Positions 1 to 9,188 are shown, numbered from the stretch's first letter. The stretch: 33,917 nucleotides of DNA from Candidatus Acetothermia bacterium (GCA_028275195.1 JAPWVC010000001.1:1-33917); one strand, 5' to 3'. Translations and numbers: made by a program. The notes: generated by a model not told the origin, from the letters alone.

Positions 1-510
1 CTTATGCTCTGCGCCGTGGTATTCCAAGACCCTGCGGATGTCTTTGAGCAGGGTGATTCCCCAGAGATAGATCAGGAAGACGGCGAGCCGGATCAGCCCC
101 TCGAGGAAGGCGAAGAGGAGCCCGCTCGAGCGGCTAGCGAAGAGGTTCGTGAGCCACAAGGGGAGGATGAAGAAGCCCCCGATGGCGATCCCCAAGGCCA
201 AGATGAGCGTGATGGTGAACTCTAGTGGGCCGAACCGCTCCTCCTGCTCCTCCAGGGCGAGGTTGGCCGAGAGGTTGAGGGCCTTGATCCCCAAGACCAG
301 GATCTCGAAGAGGTTGTAGACCCCGCGGAGGAAGGGGATCTTAGAGAGCCCTCTCCAGGCCTGGAACGGCTTGATCTCCCGGATCACGATCTCTCCGCTC
401 CCAGGCCGGCGGACGGCGACCACGACCTGCTCGCCGTTCCGCATCATCACCCCTTCGATCACTGCCTGGCCGCCCAGGTTCGGCCGCTTGGATTCGGCTG
501 GCGGGGTCAA
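1..510 (-). CDS. DUF1385 (YqhQ-like) membrane protein, 3' end cut by window edge, TTG start
   Basis: Manual reverse translation from TTG at 510..508 gives (M)TPPAESKRPNLGGQAVIEGVMMRNGEQVVVAVRRPGSGEIVIREIKPF..., followed by hydrophobic helices. GGQAVIEGVMMR is the signature N-terminal motif of DUF1385. AAGGAG (516-521, minus strand) lies 5 nt upstream. The frame is open to position 1. It is absent from the ORF track because no stop falls in the window. Confidence 0.7.
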   Translation of the reverse strand, partial: MTPPAESKRPNLGGQAVIEGVMMRNGEQVVVAVRRPGSGEIVIREIKPFQAWRGLSKIPFLRGVYNLFEILVLGIKALNLSANLALEEQEERFGPLEFTITLILALGIAIGGFFILPLWLTNLFASRSSGLLFAFLEGLIRLAVFLIYLWGITLLKDIRRVLEYHGAEHK

Positions 511-519
511 GGCTGCTCC

Positions 520-771
520 TTACTTCTTGCCCTTGCCCTTCTCTTTCTCTTTACCTTGGCCCTTGGCTTGGTCCTGGTTCTGGTATCTCCGGCGGAACTG
601 CTCGACTCGCCCTTCAGTGTCGACGAACCGCTCCTCACCGGTGAAGAAGGGGTGGCACTTGGAGCAGATGTCGACCCGCAGGTTCTCCCGCGTGGAGAGG
701 GTCTCCCACTCCGCCCCACAGGAGCAGCGGATCACCACACGCTTCAGCTCTGGATGGATCCCCGGCTTCAT
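520..771 (-). CDS. rpmE: 50S ribosomal protein L31 with Lys/Gly/Glu-rich C-terminal tail
   Basis: MKPGIHPELKRVVIRCSCGAEWETLSTRENLRVDICSKCHPFFTGEERFVDTEGRVEQFRRRY is the classic L31 sequence, including the Cys pairs. Confidence 0.93.
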   Translation of the reverse strand: MKPGIHPELKRVVIRCSCGAEWETLSTRENLRVDICSKCHPFFTGEERFVDTEGRVEQFRRRYQNQDQAKGQGKEKEKGKGKK

Positions 772-793
772 CTTTAATCACTCCTCCCGCGCT

Positions 794-1246
794 CTACCGC
801 TTGGAGTATTGCTCCTCGCGGCGGGCCTTATGGAGGCCATACTTCTTCCGCTCGACCATCCTCGGGTCGCGGGTCAGAAGCCCTTGAGCCCGGAGGATCG
901 GGCGGAAGCCCTCATCGACCCCCAGGAGGGCCCTTGCGATCCCCAGCCGGAGGGCCTCCATCTGGCCGGTCACGCCCCCGCCATCGAGATGGGCCTTCAC
1001 ATCAAACTTGCCTAGTGTCCCCGTCACCTCGAACGGCTTGAGGACGATCCGCTGGAGCCGCTCCTTGACATAAGGCTCGGCGGAGAAATACTTCTCCGCG
1101 GGGAGGCCATTGACGATGATCTCGCCCTTCCCCTTCTTCAGGTAAACCCGGGCCACGGCCTCCTTCCTCCGCCCGACGGCGTGGATCTGGCCGTCGACCT
1201 TCTTGGGGAGCCGCGGCCTTACCTCAACTGTTGTCGCTTCGGCCAT
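794..1246 (-). CDS. rpsI: 30S ribosomal protein S9
   Basis: GRRKEAVARVYLKKGKGEIIVNG ... GGGVTGQMEALRLGIARAL ... TRDPRMVERKKYGLHKARREEQYSKR are S9 hallmarks. GGAGGT Shine-Dalgarno lies upstream of the ATG. Confidence 0.93.
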   Translation of the reverse strand: MAEATTVEVRPRLPKKVDGQIHAVGRRKEAVARVYLKKGKGEIIVNGLPAEKYFSAEPYVKERLQRIVLKPFEVTGTLGKFDVKAHLDGGGVTGQMEALRLGIARALLGVDEGFRPILRAQGLLTRDPRMVERKKYGLHKARREEQYSKR

Positions 1247-1275
1247 CGCTTACCTCCGAAAGGATTGCAGTCCCT

Positions 1276-1281
1276 AATATA
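1276..1281 (-). promoter_or_regulatory. Candidate -10 box (TATATT) for rpsI-rpmE, just downstream of the ahcY stop
   Basis: Minus strand reads tttcggTATATTagggactgcaatcctttcGGAGGTaagcgATG. The hexamer resembles the GGTATAAT elements seen before other genes in this window. Confidence 0.35.
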
Positions 1282-1287
1282 CCGAAA

Positions 1288-2532
1288 TCACTCCCAGCTT
1301 TCAATGTAGCGCCGCTGGGCCTCGCTGAGAGAGTCGATCTCCAGGCCCATCGCCTCCAGGGCCATCTCCGCGACAAGGCGGTCGACCTCCTCTGGGACGG
1401 GGTAGAGCCGGGGCGCGAGCCCCTCATGATGCTGCGAGAGATACTCGGCCGTGAGGGCCTGTAGGGCGAAGGAGAGGTCCATGATCTCGACCGGATGGCC
1501 GTCGGCCGCGGCGAGGTTCACCAGCCTCCCCTGGGCCAGGAGGTAGAGCCTCCGGCCGTCGGCCAGCTCGAACTCCTCGACATTCGGGCGGACCTCCCTC
1601 CGAGAGATCGCCAGCCTCGCTAAGGCCGGGAGGCTGATCTCGACATCGAAGTGGCCGGCATTGGCGAGGATCGCCCCGTCCTTCACGAGCTTCAGGCTCT
1701 CCTCGTCGATGACATCGATGCACCCCGTGGCGGTGATGAAGATCTCTCCGACCTTCGCGGCTTCCCTCATCGGCATGACCCGAAAGCCCTCCATCGCCGC
1801 CTCGAGGGCGGGGATGGGATCGACTTCGGTGACGATCACATTCGCCCCCAGGCCCCGCGCGCGCAGGGCGATCCCCTTCCCGCACCAGCCGTAGCCGGCC
1901 ACGACCACGGTCTTCCCCGCGACCGAGAGGTTCGTGGTCCGGATGATCCCGTCCCAGACCGACTGGCCGGTCCCATAGCGGTTGTCGAAGAGCCTCTTCA
2001 TCTTGGCATCGTTGACCGCGAACATCGGGAAGCGGAGCTTCCCGGCCCGCTCTAACGCCCGGAGCCGCTGGACCCCGGTGGTCGTCTCCTCGCAGCCCCC
2101 GAGCGGCCTCAGCTCCTGCCGGCTCGTATGGAGGAGCCTCACGAGGTCCCCGCCGTCGTCGATGATCAAGTCCGGCCTCGAGTCCAGGACGAGGTTGAGG
2201 TGCCGCTCATACTCCTCCATGGAGACACCGTGCTTGGCGAAGACCGCGATCCCCGCCTCGGCTAAGGCCGCGGCCACATCGTCTTGGGTCGAGAGGGGAT
2301 TGCTCCCGGTGAGGGCCACCTCGGCCCCGCCGGCCTGGAAGGCCCGGGCCAGACAGGCCGTCTTGGCCTCGAGGTGGATGCTGATCCCGACCCTAAGCCC
2401 GGAGAAGGGGCGCTCGCGCTCGAACCGCTCCTTGATCTTGTTGAGCAGAGGCATATGGGCCTCGGCCCACTCGAGCTTCATCCTTCCGCGCGGGGCGAGC
2501 CGGGGGTCCCGGACCTCAGAAGTATGCCTCAT
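1288..2532 (-). CDS. ahcY: S-adenosyl-L-homocysteine hydrolase (adenosylhomocysteinase), short form
   Basis: Family motifs are present: [57 protein letters not shown] and NAGHFDVEI. Confidence 0.92.
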   Translation of the reverse strand: MRHTSEVRDPRLAPRGRMKLEWAEAHMPLLNKIKERFERERPFSGLRVGISIHLEAKTACLARAFQAGGAEVALTGSNPLSTQDDVAAALAEAGIAVFAKHGVSMEEYERHLNLVLDSRPDLIIDDGGDLVRLLHTSRQELRPLGGCEETTTGVQRLRALERAGKLRFPMFAVNDAKMKRLFDNRYGTGQSVWDGIIRTTNLSVAGKTVVVAGYGWCGKGIALRARGLGANVIVTEVDPIPALEAAMEGFRVMPMREAAKVGEIFITATGCIDVIDEESLKLVKDGAILANAGHFDVEISLPALARLAISRREVRPNVEEFELADGRRLYLLAQGRLVNLAAADGHPVEIMDLSFALQALTAEYLSQHHEGLAPRLYPVPEEVDRLVAEMALEAMGLEIDSLSEAQRRYIESWE

Positions 2533-3716
2533 GTTCTGATCATCTCCTGCTTTCGCTCTCGGAGGCCCATCTTCTTGGCGATCACCTCATACATCACTTC
2601 CGTGGCCCCGGCCCCGATCTTCCATAGCCGGATGTCACGGTAGAGCCGGGCGATATCGTATTCCTCCATGTAGCCATAGCCGCCGTGGAGTTGCAAGCAC
2701 TCATCGGCCACCTCGCAAGCCACATCGGCGCAGAAGGCCTTGCACATCGAGACGACCGCGGTGGCATCCAGGCCCTCATCGATCGTCCGGGTCGCGGCAT
2801 AGGTGAGCTGCCTGGCCGCCTCGAGCTTGGTCTGGAGTTTGGCCAGCTTGTGGCGGGTCACCTGGAAGTCAGCGAGCCTCTGGCCGAAGAGCTCCCGCTC
2901 CTGGGCATACTGGATGGCGTCCTCGATCGCCTGCTGGGCATGGCCGACCATCGCCACGGAGGAGACGAGCCGCTCGATCTGGAGGCCGCTCATCACCTGG
3001 TAGAAGCCGCGGTTCTCCTCCCCGATCAGGTTCTCTATGGGCACAGGGCAGTCCTCGAAGGTCAATTCCCCGGTGTCCGAGCCGTGCATCCCCAACTTCT
3101 TCGGCATCCGCCGGACGGTGAACCCTGGAGCCCCCTTCTCGACCAATAGCAACGACATCCCGCGGTGGCCGAGCTCCGGGGCGGTCTTGACCAGGACGAA
3201 GAAGAGGTCGGCATTGAGGGCGTTGGTGATGAAGACCTTGCTCCCGTTCACAATATAGTGGTCCCCTTCCCGCCGCGCGGTCGTGCTGATCCCGGCCAGA
3301 TCGCTCCCCGCACCGGGCTCAGTGAGCGCGATGGCGCAGATCCTCTCCCCGGAGATGATCCCCGGGAGCCAGCGCCGCTTCTGCTCCTCGGTCCCCCAGC
3401 GGGCAAGATATGGTGAGGACATGTCGGTGTGGACGAGGACCCCCATCACTAGGCCCCGGGAGCGGCACCGCGCGAGCTCCTCGACGAAGGCGACCGTCGT
3501 CTTCATATCGGCCCCGGTCCCGCCATACTCCTCGGGGAACCTGATCCCCAAGAGGCCGAGCTCTCCGAGCCGTTTGAAGACCTCTCGGGGGATGAGCCCA
3601 GCCTCCTCCCACTCTTCAACATGGGGGTTCAGCTCCTCTTCCACGAACTGACGGACCATCCTCTTGAGGATCCGGTGCTCCTCGGAGAAGAAGGAATAAA
3701 TTGGATACATCTCCAA
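2529..3716 (-). CDS. Acyl-CoA dehydrogenase
   Basis: ACAD motifs are present: [50 protein letters not shown] and [20 protein letters not shown]. The stop overlaps the ahcY start (ATGA). The first codon is TTG at 3716, with an ATG two codons later at 3710. GGAGGTGA lies upstream. Confidence 0.88.
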   Translation of the reverse strand: MEMYPIYSFFSEEHRILKRMVRQFVEEELNPHVEEWEEAGLIPREVFKRLGELGLLGIRFPEEYGGTGADMKTTVAFVEELARCRSRGLVMGVLVHTDMSSPYLARWGTEEQKRRWLPGIISGERICAIALTEPGAGSDLAGISTTARREGDHYIVNGSKVFITNALNADLFFVLVKTAPELGHRGMSLLLVEKGAPGFTVRRMPKKLGMHGSDTGELTFEDCPVPIENLIGEENRGFYQVMSGLQIERLVSSVAMVGHAQQAIEDAIQYAQERELFGQRLADFQVTRHKLAKLQTKLEAARQLTYAATRTIDEGLDATAVVSMCKAFCADVACEVADECLQLHGGYGYMEEYDIARLYRDIRLWKIGAGATEVMYEVIAKKMGLRERKQEMIRT

Positions 3717-3826
3717 ATCGGCTCACCTCCGGCCAGACTCCAGGCTATCCAAGCTGTCATAGCTTAGCACTTCCGGCCCTGGTGGCGCAATCGGATCGGA
3801 TCGCCGTTGCTGAGAGTTTAAGGTTG

Positions 3827-3835
3827 TGATATGAT
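3827..3835 (+). promoter_or_regulatory. Extended -10 promoter element TGaTATGAT, 6 nt upstream of the folP ATG
   Basis: Sequence is ttgTGaTATGATcgagcgATG, with no Shine-Dalgarno between the hexamer and the ATG at 3842. Confidence 0.5.
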
Positions 3836-3841
3836 CGAGCG

Positions 3842-4693
3842 ATGGACAGGCTCGGGCTCGCACCCACGCTCGCGGAGCTAGGACTAGGGGAGCGGACCCT
3901 GATCATGGGGGTCGTCAATGTCACGCCCGACTCCTTCTCCGACGGGGGGCTCTACGCCGATCCGGAGAGGGCGATCGCCCACGCCTTGGCCCTGGCTGAG
4001 GAGGGGGCGGACATCATCGACATCGGGGGCGAATCGACCCGCCCCGGGGCCGTCCCCGTCCCAGTGGAGGTGGAGCTCGAGCGCGTGATCCCCGTGATCA
4101 AGGGGCTCAGCAAGGAGGTGAAGGTCCCGATCTCCATCGACACCTACAAGGCCGCGGTGGCCGAGGCGGCCCTCGAGGCCGGTGCGGCCATGGTCAATGA
4201 CATCTCCGCCTTGAGGTTCGATCCGCGAATGAGCGAGGTCCTCCGCGGATGTGAGGCGCCCGTAGTCCTGATGCACATGCAAGGGGAGCCGAGGACGATG
4301 CAGGAGAACCCGAGATACGACGATGTCGTCGGGGAGATCGGGGCCTTCTTGCGGGAGAGGGTGGCCGCGGCGGTCGAGGCCGGGATCGCCCCGGAGCGGC
4401 TGATCCTGGACCCGGGGATCGGCTTCGGGAAGACGGTCGCCCATAACCTCGAGATCCTCCGGAGGCTGGACGAGCTGAAGGCCCTGGGGAGGCCGATCCT
4501 CATCGGGCCTTCGAGGAAGTCCTTTATCGGCCAACTGAGCGGGGCCCCGGTGGGCGAGCGGCTCCCGGGGACGATCGCCGCCGTCGTCCTAGGGATCGCC
4601 CGAGGGGCGGACATCGTCCGGGTCCACGATGTCCGGGCCGTCAAGCAGGCGGTCATTCTGGCGGACGCTATCATTCGAGGTGAGCGAAGATGA
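3842..4693 (+). CDS. folP: Dihydropteroate synthase
   Basis: MGVVNVTPDSFSDGG, DIIDIGGESTRPGA, SIDTYKA, MVNDISA, DPGIGFGKT and GPSRKSFIG are canonical DHPS motifs. Confidence 0.93.
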   Translation: MDRLGLAPTLAELGLGERTLIMGVVNVTPDSFSDGGLYADPERAIAHALALAEEGADIIDIGGESTRPGAVPVPVEVELERVIPVIKGLSKEVKVPISIDTYKAAVAEAALEAGAAMVNDISALRFDPRMSEVLRGCEAPVVLMHMQGEPRTMQENPRYDDVVGEIGAFLRERVAAAVEAGIAPERLILDPGIGFGKTVAHNLEILRRLDELKALGRPILIGPSRKSFIGQLSGAPVGERLPGTIAAVVLGIARGADIVRVHDVRAVKQAVILADAIIRGERR

Positions 4694-5202
4694 ATCTTCC
4701 GATCAAGCAGCTCAAGAAGGAGCCGGGAATGGCCTTCCCCTTCTCCGGCCAGATCGAGCTCCCACCGATCGCACACGGAGGGACAGTGATGGCCCAAGGG
4801 AGTCGGGTCACCTTCCACGGCCGGGCGGTCTACCAGGGGGGGAAGGTCCATCTGACCCTGGCCCTCAAGGCGGAGGTGGAGCGGGAGTGCAGCCGCTGCT
4901 TAGCGCACTTCACCCAGACGGTCGAGAAGGAGGAAGAGATCACGCTGCGCGAGGAGCACGAGGTCCGGCTGGAGGACGATGACTTCACCTACCCCGATGA
5001 GGCTGAAGAGGTGGCCATCGAGCCCTACCTCCAGAGCCTGATCCTGAGCGCGCTCGGCCCCAAGCCGCTCTGTGCCCCGGACTGCCGTGGGCTCTGCCCC
5101 TCCTGCGGGGTAAACTTAAACGAGGAGGAGCACCACCCCGACTGCCCGGCCCTCCGGCCGGAGGTCGACCCGCGCCTGGCGCAGCTCTTGGATCTATTAT
5201 GA
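4690..5202 (+). CDS. YceD/DUF177 family protein
   Basis: About 170 aa, with ECSRCL and a C-terminal C.PDCRGLCPSCGVNLN....H motif typical of DUF177. The start overlaps the folP stop (ATGA). Confidence 0.75.
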   Translation: MNLPIKQLKKEPGMAFPFSGQIELPPIAHGGTVMAQGSRVTFHGRAVYQGGKVHLTLALKAEVERECSRCLAHFTQTVEKEEEITLREEHEVRLEDDDFTYPDEAEEVAIEPYLQSLILSALGPKPLCAPDCRGLCPSCGVNLNEEEHHPDCPALRPEVDPRLAQLLDLL

Positions 5203-5254
5203 TGTGGCAGGAATGAAGGATGTGAGGCCGAGGAGGGAACGGCGGATCGAGAAC

Positions 5255-5300
5255 GAGAGGGAGAAGAAAAGGGAGAGGGAGAGGGAAAGGGAGAGAGAAG
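5255..5300 (+). repeat. 46-nt uninterrupted homopurine (GA-only) tract between the yceD-like gene and ruvC
   Basis: gagagggagaagaaaagggagagggagagggaaagggagagagaag contains no pyrimidine from 5255 to 5300. It is built from GGGAGA/GGAGAG-like units. Confidence 0.9.
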
Positions 5301-5308
5301 CCCGCCCG

Positions 5309-5839
5309 ATGAGGGTCTTGGGGGTCGATCCCGGGCTAGCGACCACGGGGTATGGGCTCGTCGAGGAGGCAGCCCGGGGGCGCGGCCGAAGCCGCGGCGG
5401 GGAACCCTTCAGGCTCGTCGAGGCTGGGGTGATCACCACTCCCGCGGGGGAGCCGCTCCCCATGCGCCTCTTGACGATCTATGAGGAGATGCGCGGGCTA
5501 GTGGAGGAGTTCTGCCCTGATGAGCTGGCGGTGGAGGAGCTCTACTTCGCCAAGAACACCAAGACCGCGATCTCCGTGGCCGAGGCGAGAGGGGTGATCC
5601 TCCTCGCCACGGTCGGGCTCCCTCTCAACAGTTACACCCCTCTCCAGGTGAAGCTCCAGCTCACCGGCTTCGGCCGGGCGACGAAACAGCAGATCCAGGC
5701 GATGGTGGCCCGGCTCCTCGGCCTGCGAGAGCCCCCCAAGCCGGACGATGCGGCCGATGCCCTGGCAATCGCGCTCTGCCACCTCTTGAGAGGGGATCAC
5801 CGAGGTGAGGCCCATGTTCGCATCCACTCCTCTTCCTGA
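5309..5839 (+). CDS. ruvC: Crossover junction endodeoxyribonuclease RuvC
   Basis: MRVLGVDPGLATTGYGLVE... is the canonical RuvC N-terminus with the catalytic Asp. Also present: ELAVEELYFAKNTKTAISVAEARGV and DAADALAIALCH. I chose the ATG at 5309 over the in-frame GTG at 5204. Confidence 0.85.
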   Translation: MRVLGVDPGLATTGYGLVEEAARGRGRSRGGEPFRLVEAGVITTPAGEPLPMRLLTIYEEMRGLVEEFCPDELAVEELYFAKNTKTAISVAEARGVILLATVGLPLNSYTPLQVKLQLTGFGRATKQQIQAMVARLLGLREPPKPDDAADALAIALCHLLRGDHRGEAHVRIHSSS

Positions 5840-8513
5840 GCCCGGACCGAAGCGGCGGCTCCTGCTCATCGATGCCGGCTCGATCATCTACCCCGCTTAT
5901 CATGTGATGCGGGAGCTCGCCACCTCCAGTGGCTTCCCCACCGGCGCGATCTACGGTTTCGTTCGGACGCTGCTCAAGCTCCTCCACGACTACCCCTCGG
6001 AATACATGGCCGTGGCCTTCGACTCCAAGGGGAAGACGGTCCGCCACGAGCGCTATGAGGAGTATAAGGCCACCAGGCCGGTGATGGACGAGGCCCTGGC
6101 GGCCCAGCTCCCTAAGGTCAAGGAGCTCCTCCAGGCCTGGGGGATCCCCTCATTCGCCAAGGAGGGCTATGAGGCCGACGACCTCATCGCCACGCTCGCT
6201 CATCTGGCCGCGGAGAGGGGAGTCCCGGTCCTGATCGTCTCGGGGGACAAGGACCTGATGCAGCTCGTGGACGATAAGATTAAGGTCCTCAAGCCGGCCC
6301 GCCCGCCCCGCCAGGAGGTCGAGCTCCTCGACCGGGCGGGAGTGAAGGAGCACTTAGGGGTCCCGCCCGAACTGGTCCGGGACTACCTCGCCCTCGTCGG
6401 GGATAAGGTCGACAATGTCCCCGGGGTCCCGGGGATCGGGGAGAAGACGGCCCAGCGGCTCCTCGCGGAGTTCGGCTCGCTCGAGGGTGTCCTGGAGAAC
6501 GCCGAGAAGGTCGGGAACGCCCGGGTCCGGGAGAGCCTCCTCAAGCACCGGGAGCTGGCCCTCCTCAGCCGAGAGCTGGTCCAACTCCGCGAGGTCGAGC
6601 TCGAGCTCGGCCCGGAGCCGCTCGAGGCCTGTCGCCCCAGCACAAGGGATGAGGAGAGGCTCCGCACGCTCCTGGAGGAGCTGGAGTTCCGCTCGATCCT
6701 CAAGGAGCTCGGGCTGGCCCAGAAGGCCACGAGCGAGGGCCGCTACCACACGATCCTGACCGAGGCGGAGTTCGAGAGGCTCCTCGAGCGGCTCGCCTCC
6801 GCGGAGGAGTTCGCCCTCGACCTGGAGACGACGAGCCAGGACTCGATGCAAGCCGAGATCGTGGGGATCGCACTGGCCTTCGAGCCCTACGAGGGCTTCT
6901 ACATCCCCGTCGGCCACGACTACCTCGGCGCGCCTCAGCAGCTCGGGCGAGAATATGTCTTGGAGAAGCTCAGGCCCTTCCTCGAGGACGGGAAGAGGGT
7001 CCTCGGCCAGAACTTGAAATACGATGCCAAGGTCCTCCGCCGATACGGGATCAAGCTGAAGGAGATCGCCTTCGACTCCATGCTCGCGGCCTATCTTCTA
7101 GACCCCACGAGCCGGAAGGATTTGGGGGAGCTGGCCGCCCGCTACCTCAAGCGGGAGGTGACGAGCTACAAGGAGCTGTCCGATCAGGACATGCGGAAGG
7201 TCCCGATCGAGGAGGCCACCCGCTACGCCGGCGAGGACGCGGAGATCGTCCTCCGCTTGAAGGACCTGATGGTCAAAGAACTCCAAGAGAAGGGGCTCTA
7301 CCAGCTCTTCACCGAGGTCGAGCTCCCCCTCATCGAGGTCCTGGTGGAGATGGAGCTCGCGGGGGTCTTGATGGACCCGCGAGTTCTGGAGGAGCAAGCG
7401 AAGGAGATCGAGGTCCTCTTGGGAAACCTGCGGCAGGAGATCTTCCACCTCGCGGGGGAGGAGTTCAACCCCGCCTCGCCCAAGCAGGTGGCCTCCATCC
7501 TCTACGAGAAGCTGAAGCTCCCCGTGATCAAGAAGACCAAGACCGGCCCCTCGACCGACTCGCTCGTCCTCAAAGAGCTGGCCCTGCAGCACCCCCTCCC
7601 GGAGAAGATCGTCACCTACCGCGAGCTGGAGAAGCTGCTCAACACCTATATCCGGAAGCTCCCGGAATACATCAACCCCCGGACCGGGAGGATCCACACC
7701 TCCTTCAACCAATCGGTGACGGCGACCGGGAGGTTGTCCTCTTCAGATCCGAATCTCCAGAACATACCAGTGCGGACCGAGCTGGGAGGCCAGATCCGCA
7801 GGGCCTTCATCGCCCCGAAGGGGCGGAAGCTCCTCGCGGCCGACTACTCCCAGATCGAGCTGAGGATGCTCGCCCACCTCTCAGGGGATGAGAACTTAAT
7901 CCGGGCCTTCCGCGAGGAGGAGGACCTCCACACCCGGACGGCCGCGGAGCTCTTCGAGGTCCCTAAAGAGAAGGTGACCAAGGCCCAAAGGGAGATCGCC
8001 AAGCGGGTCAATTACGCCACGATCTACGGCGTGAGCGCCTTCCGCCTCTCCAAGGAGCTGGGGATCCCCCAGAAGGAGGCCCAGCAATACCTCGATAAGT
8101 ATTTTGCCCGCTACCCAAGAGTCAAGGAGTTCATCGAGGAGAAGATCCGCGAGGCCGAGAGCCAAGGCTATGCTACGACGATCCTCAATCGGCGAAGATA
8201 CCTGCCGCATATCACCAGCCGGGACCATAACCTGCGGAGCTACGACCAGCGGAACGCCATTAATACCCCAATCCAAGGCTCGAGCGCCGACTTGATGAAG
8301 CTGGCGATGCTCCGGGTCTATGAGAAGATCAAGGCGGGGGAGATCAAAGCGGATATGCTCCTCCAGATCCACGACGAGCTCCTCTTCGAGCTCGACGAAG
8401 CGGAGGTCGAGCGGGCCGCTCCCTTGATCAAGGAGACGATGGAGCGAGTCATGGCCCTCCGGGTCCCTTTAAAGGTCGATATAAAAGTCGGGGAGAACTG
8501 GGAGGAGATCTAA
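5814..8513 (+). CDS. polA: DNA polymerase I (5'-3' exonuclease, 3'-5' exonuclease and polymerase domains)
   Basis: The 5' nuclease domain shows LLLIDAGSIIY and SGDKDLMQL. The 3'-5' exonuclease motifs are ALDLETTS, GQNLKYDAKVL and YAGEDAEI. Polymerase motifs are ADYSQIELRMLAHLS, RRxAKxxNYATIYG and QIHDELLFE. The ATG at 5814 follows GAGGTGA; an alternative GTG lies at 5805. Confidence 0.93.
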   Translation: MFASTPLPEPGPKRRLLLIDAGSIIYPAYHVMRELATSSGFPTGAIYGFVRTLLKLLHDYPSEYMAVAFDSKGKTVRHERYEEYKATRPVMDEALAAQLPKVKELLQAWGIPSFAKEGYEADDLIATLAHLAAERGVPVLIVSGDKDLMQLVDDKIKVLKPARPPRQEVELLDRAGVKEHLGVPPELVRDYLALVGDKVDNVPGVPGIGEKTAQRLLAEFGSLEGVLENAEKVGNARVRESLLKHRELALLSRELVQLREVELELGPEPLEACRPSTRDEERLRTLLEELEFRSILKELGLAQKATSEGRYHTILTEAEFERLLERLASAEEFALDLETTSQDSMQAEIVGIALAFEPYEGFYIPVGHDYLGAPQQLGREYVLEKLRPFLEDGKRVLGQNLKYDAKVLRRYGIKLKEIAFDSMLAAYLLDPTSRKDLGELAARYLKREVTSYKELSDQDMRKVPIEEATRYAGEDAEIVLRLKDLMVKELQEKGLYQLFTEVELPLIEVLVEMELAGVLMDPRVLEEQAKEIEVLLGNLRQEIFHLAGEEFNPASPKQVASILYEKLKLPVIKKTKTGPSTDSLVLKELALQHPLPEKIVTYRELEKLLNTYIRKLPEYINPRTGRIHTSFNQSVTATGRLSSSDPNLQNIPVRTELGGQIRRAFIAPKGRKLLAADYSQIELRMLAHLSGDENLIRAFREEEDLHTRTAAELFEVPKEKVTKAQREIAKRVNYATIYGVSAFRLSKELGIPQKEAQQYLDKYFARYPRVKEFIEEKIREAESQGYATTILNRRRYLPHITSRDHNLRSYDQRNAINTPIQGSSADLMKLAMLRVYEKIKAGEIKADMLLQIHDELLFELDEAEVERAAPLIKETMERVMALRVPLKVDIKVGENWEEI

Positions 8514-8531
8514 CCCTAGATCGGCCTTACT

Positions 8532-9188
8532 GTGGAGCAACTCGTCGCGCTCATCGTCGCTATCGTGAATAAGGTCGGCTACCCCGGGCTCATCGTCGGG
8601 ATGTTCCTCGAGAGCTCGTTCTTCCCCTTCCCCAGCGAGGTGATCATCCCGCCGGCAGGGTATCTCGCCAGCCAGGGGAAGCTGAGCCTGGGGCTGGTGA
8701 TCCTCTTTGGGCTCTTGGGCTCACTCCTCGGGGCCCTCTTCAATTATTGGCTCGCGCTCAAGCTGGGCCGGCCCCTCCTCCTCCGGCTCGGGCGCTACTT
8801 CGGCCTGACAGCGAAAGGGTATGCCAAGGCCGAAGGCTACCTCAGGAGGCACGGTGCGATCGGGACCTTCGTCGGGCGGCTTATCCCCGGCCTGCGGCAG
8901 TATATCTCCCTCCCTGCCGGCTTGGCCCGCATGGCTCTGGGGCAGTTCGCGCTCTTCACTGCCCTCGGGGCGGGGATCTGGACGGCCATCCTGGCCTATC
9001 TCGGCTACTTTATCGGCGAGAACCAGGCCCTCCTCCGGCCATACCTGCGCGAGGTCACAATCTATACGGCCATCGGCCTGGCGGTTATCGTCTTAGCTTA
9101 TATCCTTATCCTCCGCCTCCGGCGTCAGCGGGCTCGCCCCGCCGACTCCGACCCTGGGGCTGGCCGGGATGGGCCGGAGCGGGAGTGA
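8532..9188 (+). CDS. DedA/VTT-domain family membrane protein
   Basis: The N-terminus GYPGLIVGMFLESSFFPFPSEVIIPPAGYLA and FVGRLIPGLRQYISLPAG are DedA-family signatures. Multiple transmembrane segments follow. The start is GTG. Confidence 0.8.
   Translation: MEQLVALIVAIVNKVGYPGLIVGMFLESSFFPFPSEVIIPPAGYLASQGKLSLGLVILFGLLGSLLGALFNYWLALKLGRPLLLRLGRYFGLTAKGYAKAEGYLRRHGAIGTFVGRLIPGLRQYISLPAGLARMALGQFALFTALGAGIWTAILAYLGYFIGENQALLRPYLREVTIYTAIGLAVIVLAYILILRLRRQRARPADSDPGAGRDGPERE

Noticed and set aside
5230-5300. Repetitive GA-rich units considered as a possible CRISPR or tandem-repeat array.
   Set aside because: There is no repeat-spacer periodicity and the units are degenerate and only 5-7 nt long. 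It is a homopurine low-complexity tract, not a CRISPR array.
5204-5308. Arg/Glu-rich N-terminal extension of RuvC as real coding sequence.
   Set aside because: A homopurine tract cannot contain stop codons, so the open frame carries no information. RuvC homologs start at the MxxLGxDPG motif. I kept it as an open question in the findings rather than annotating it.
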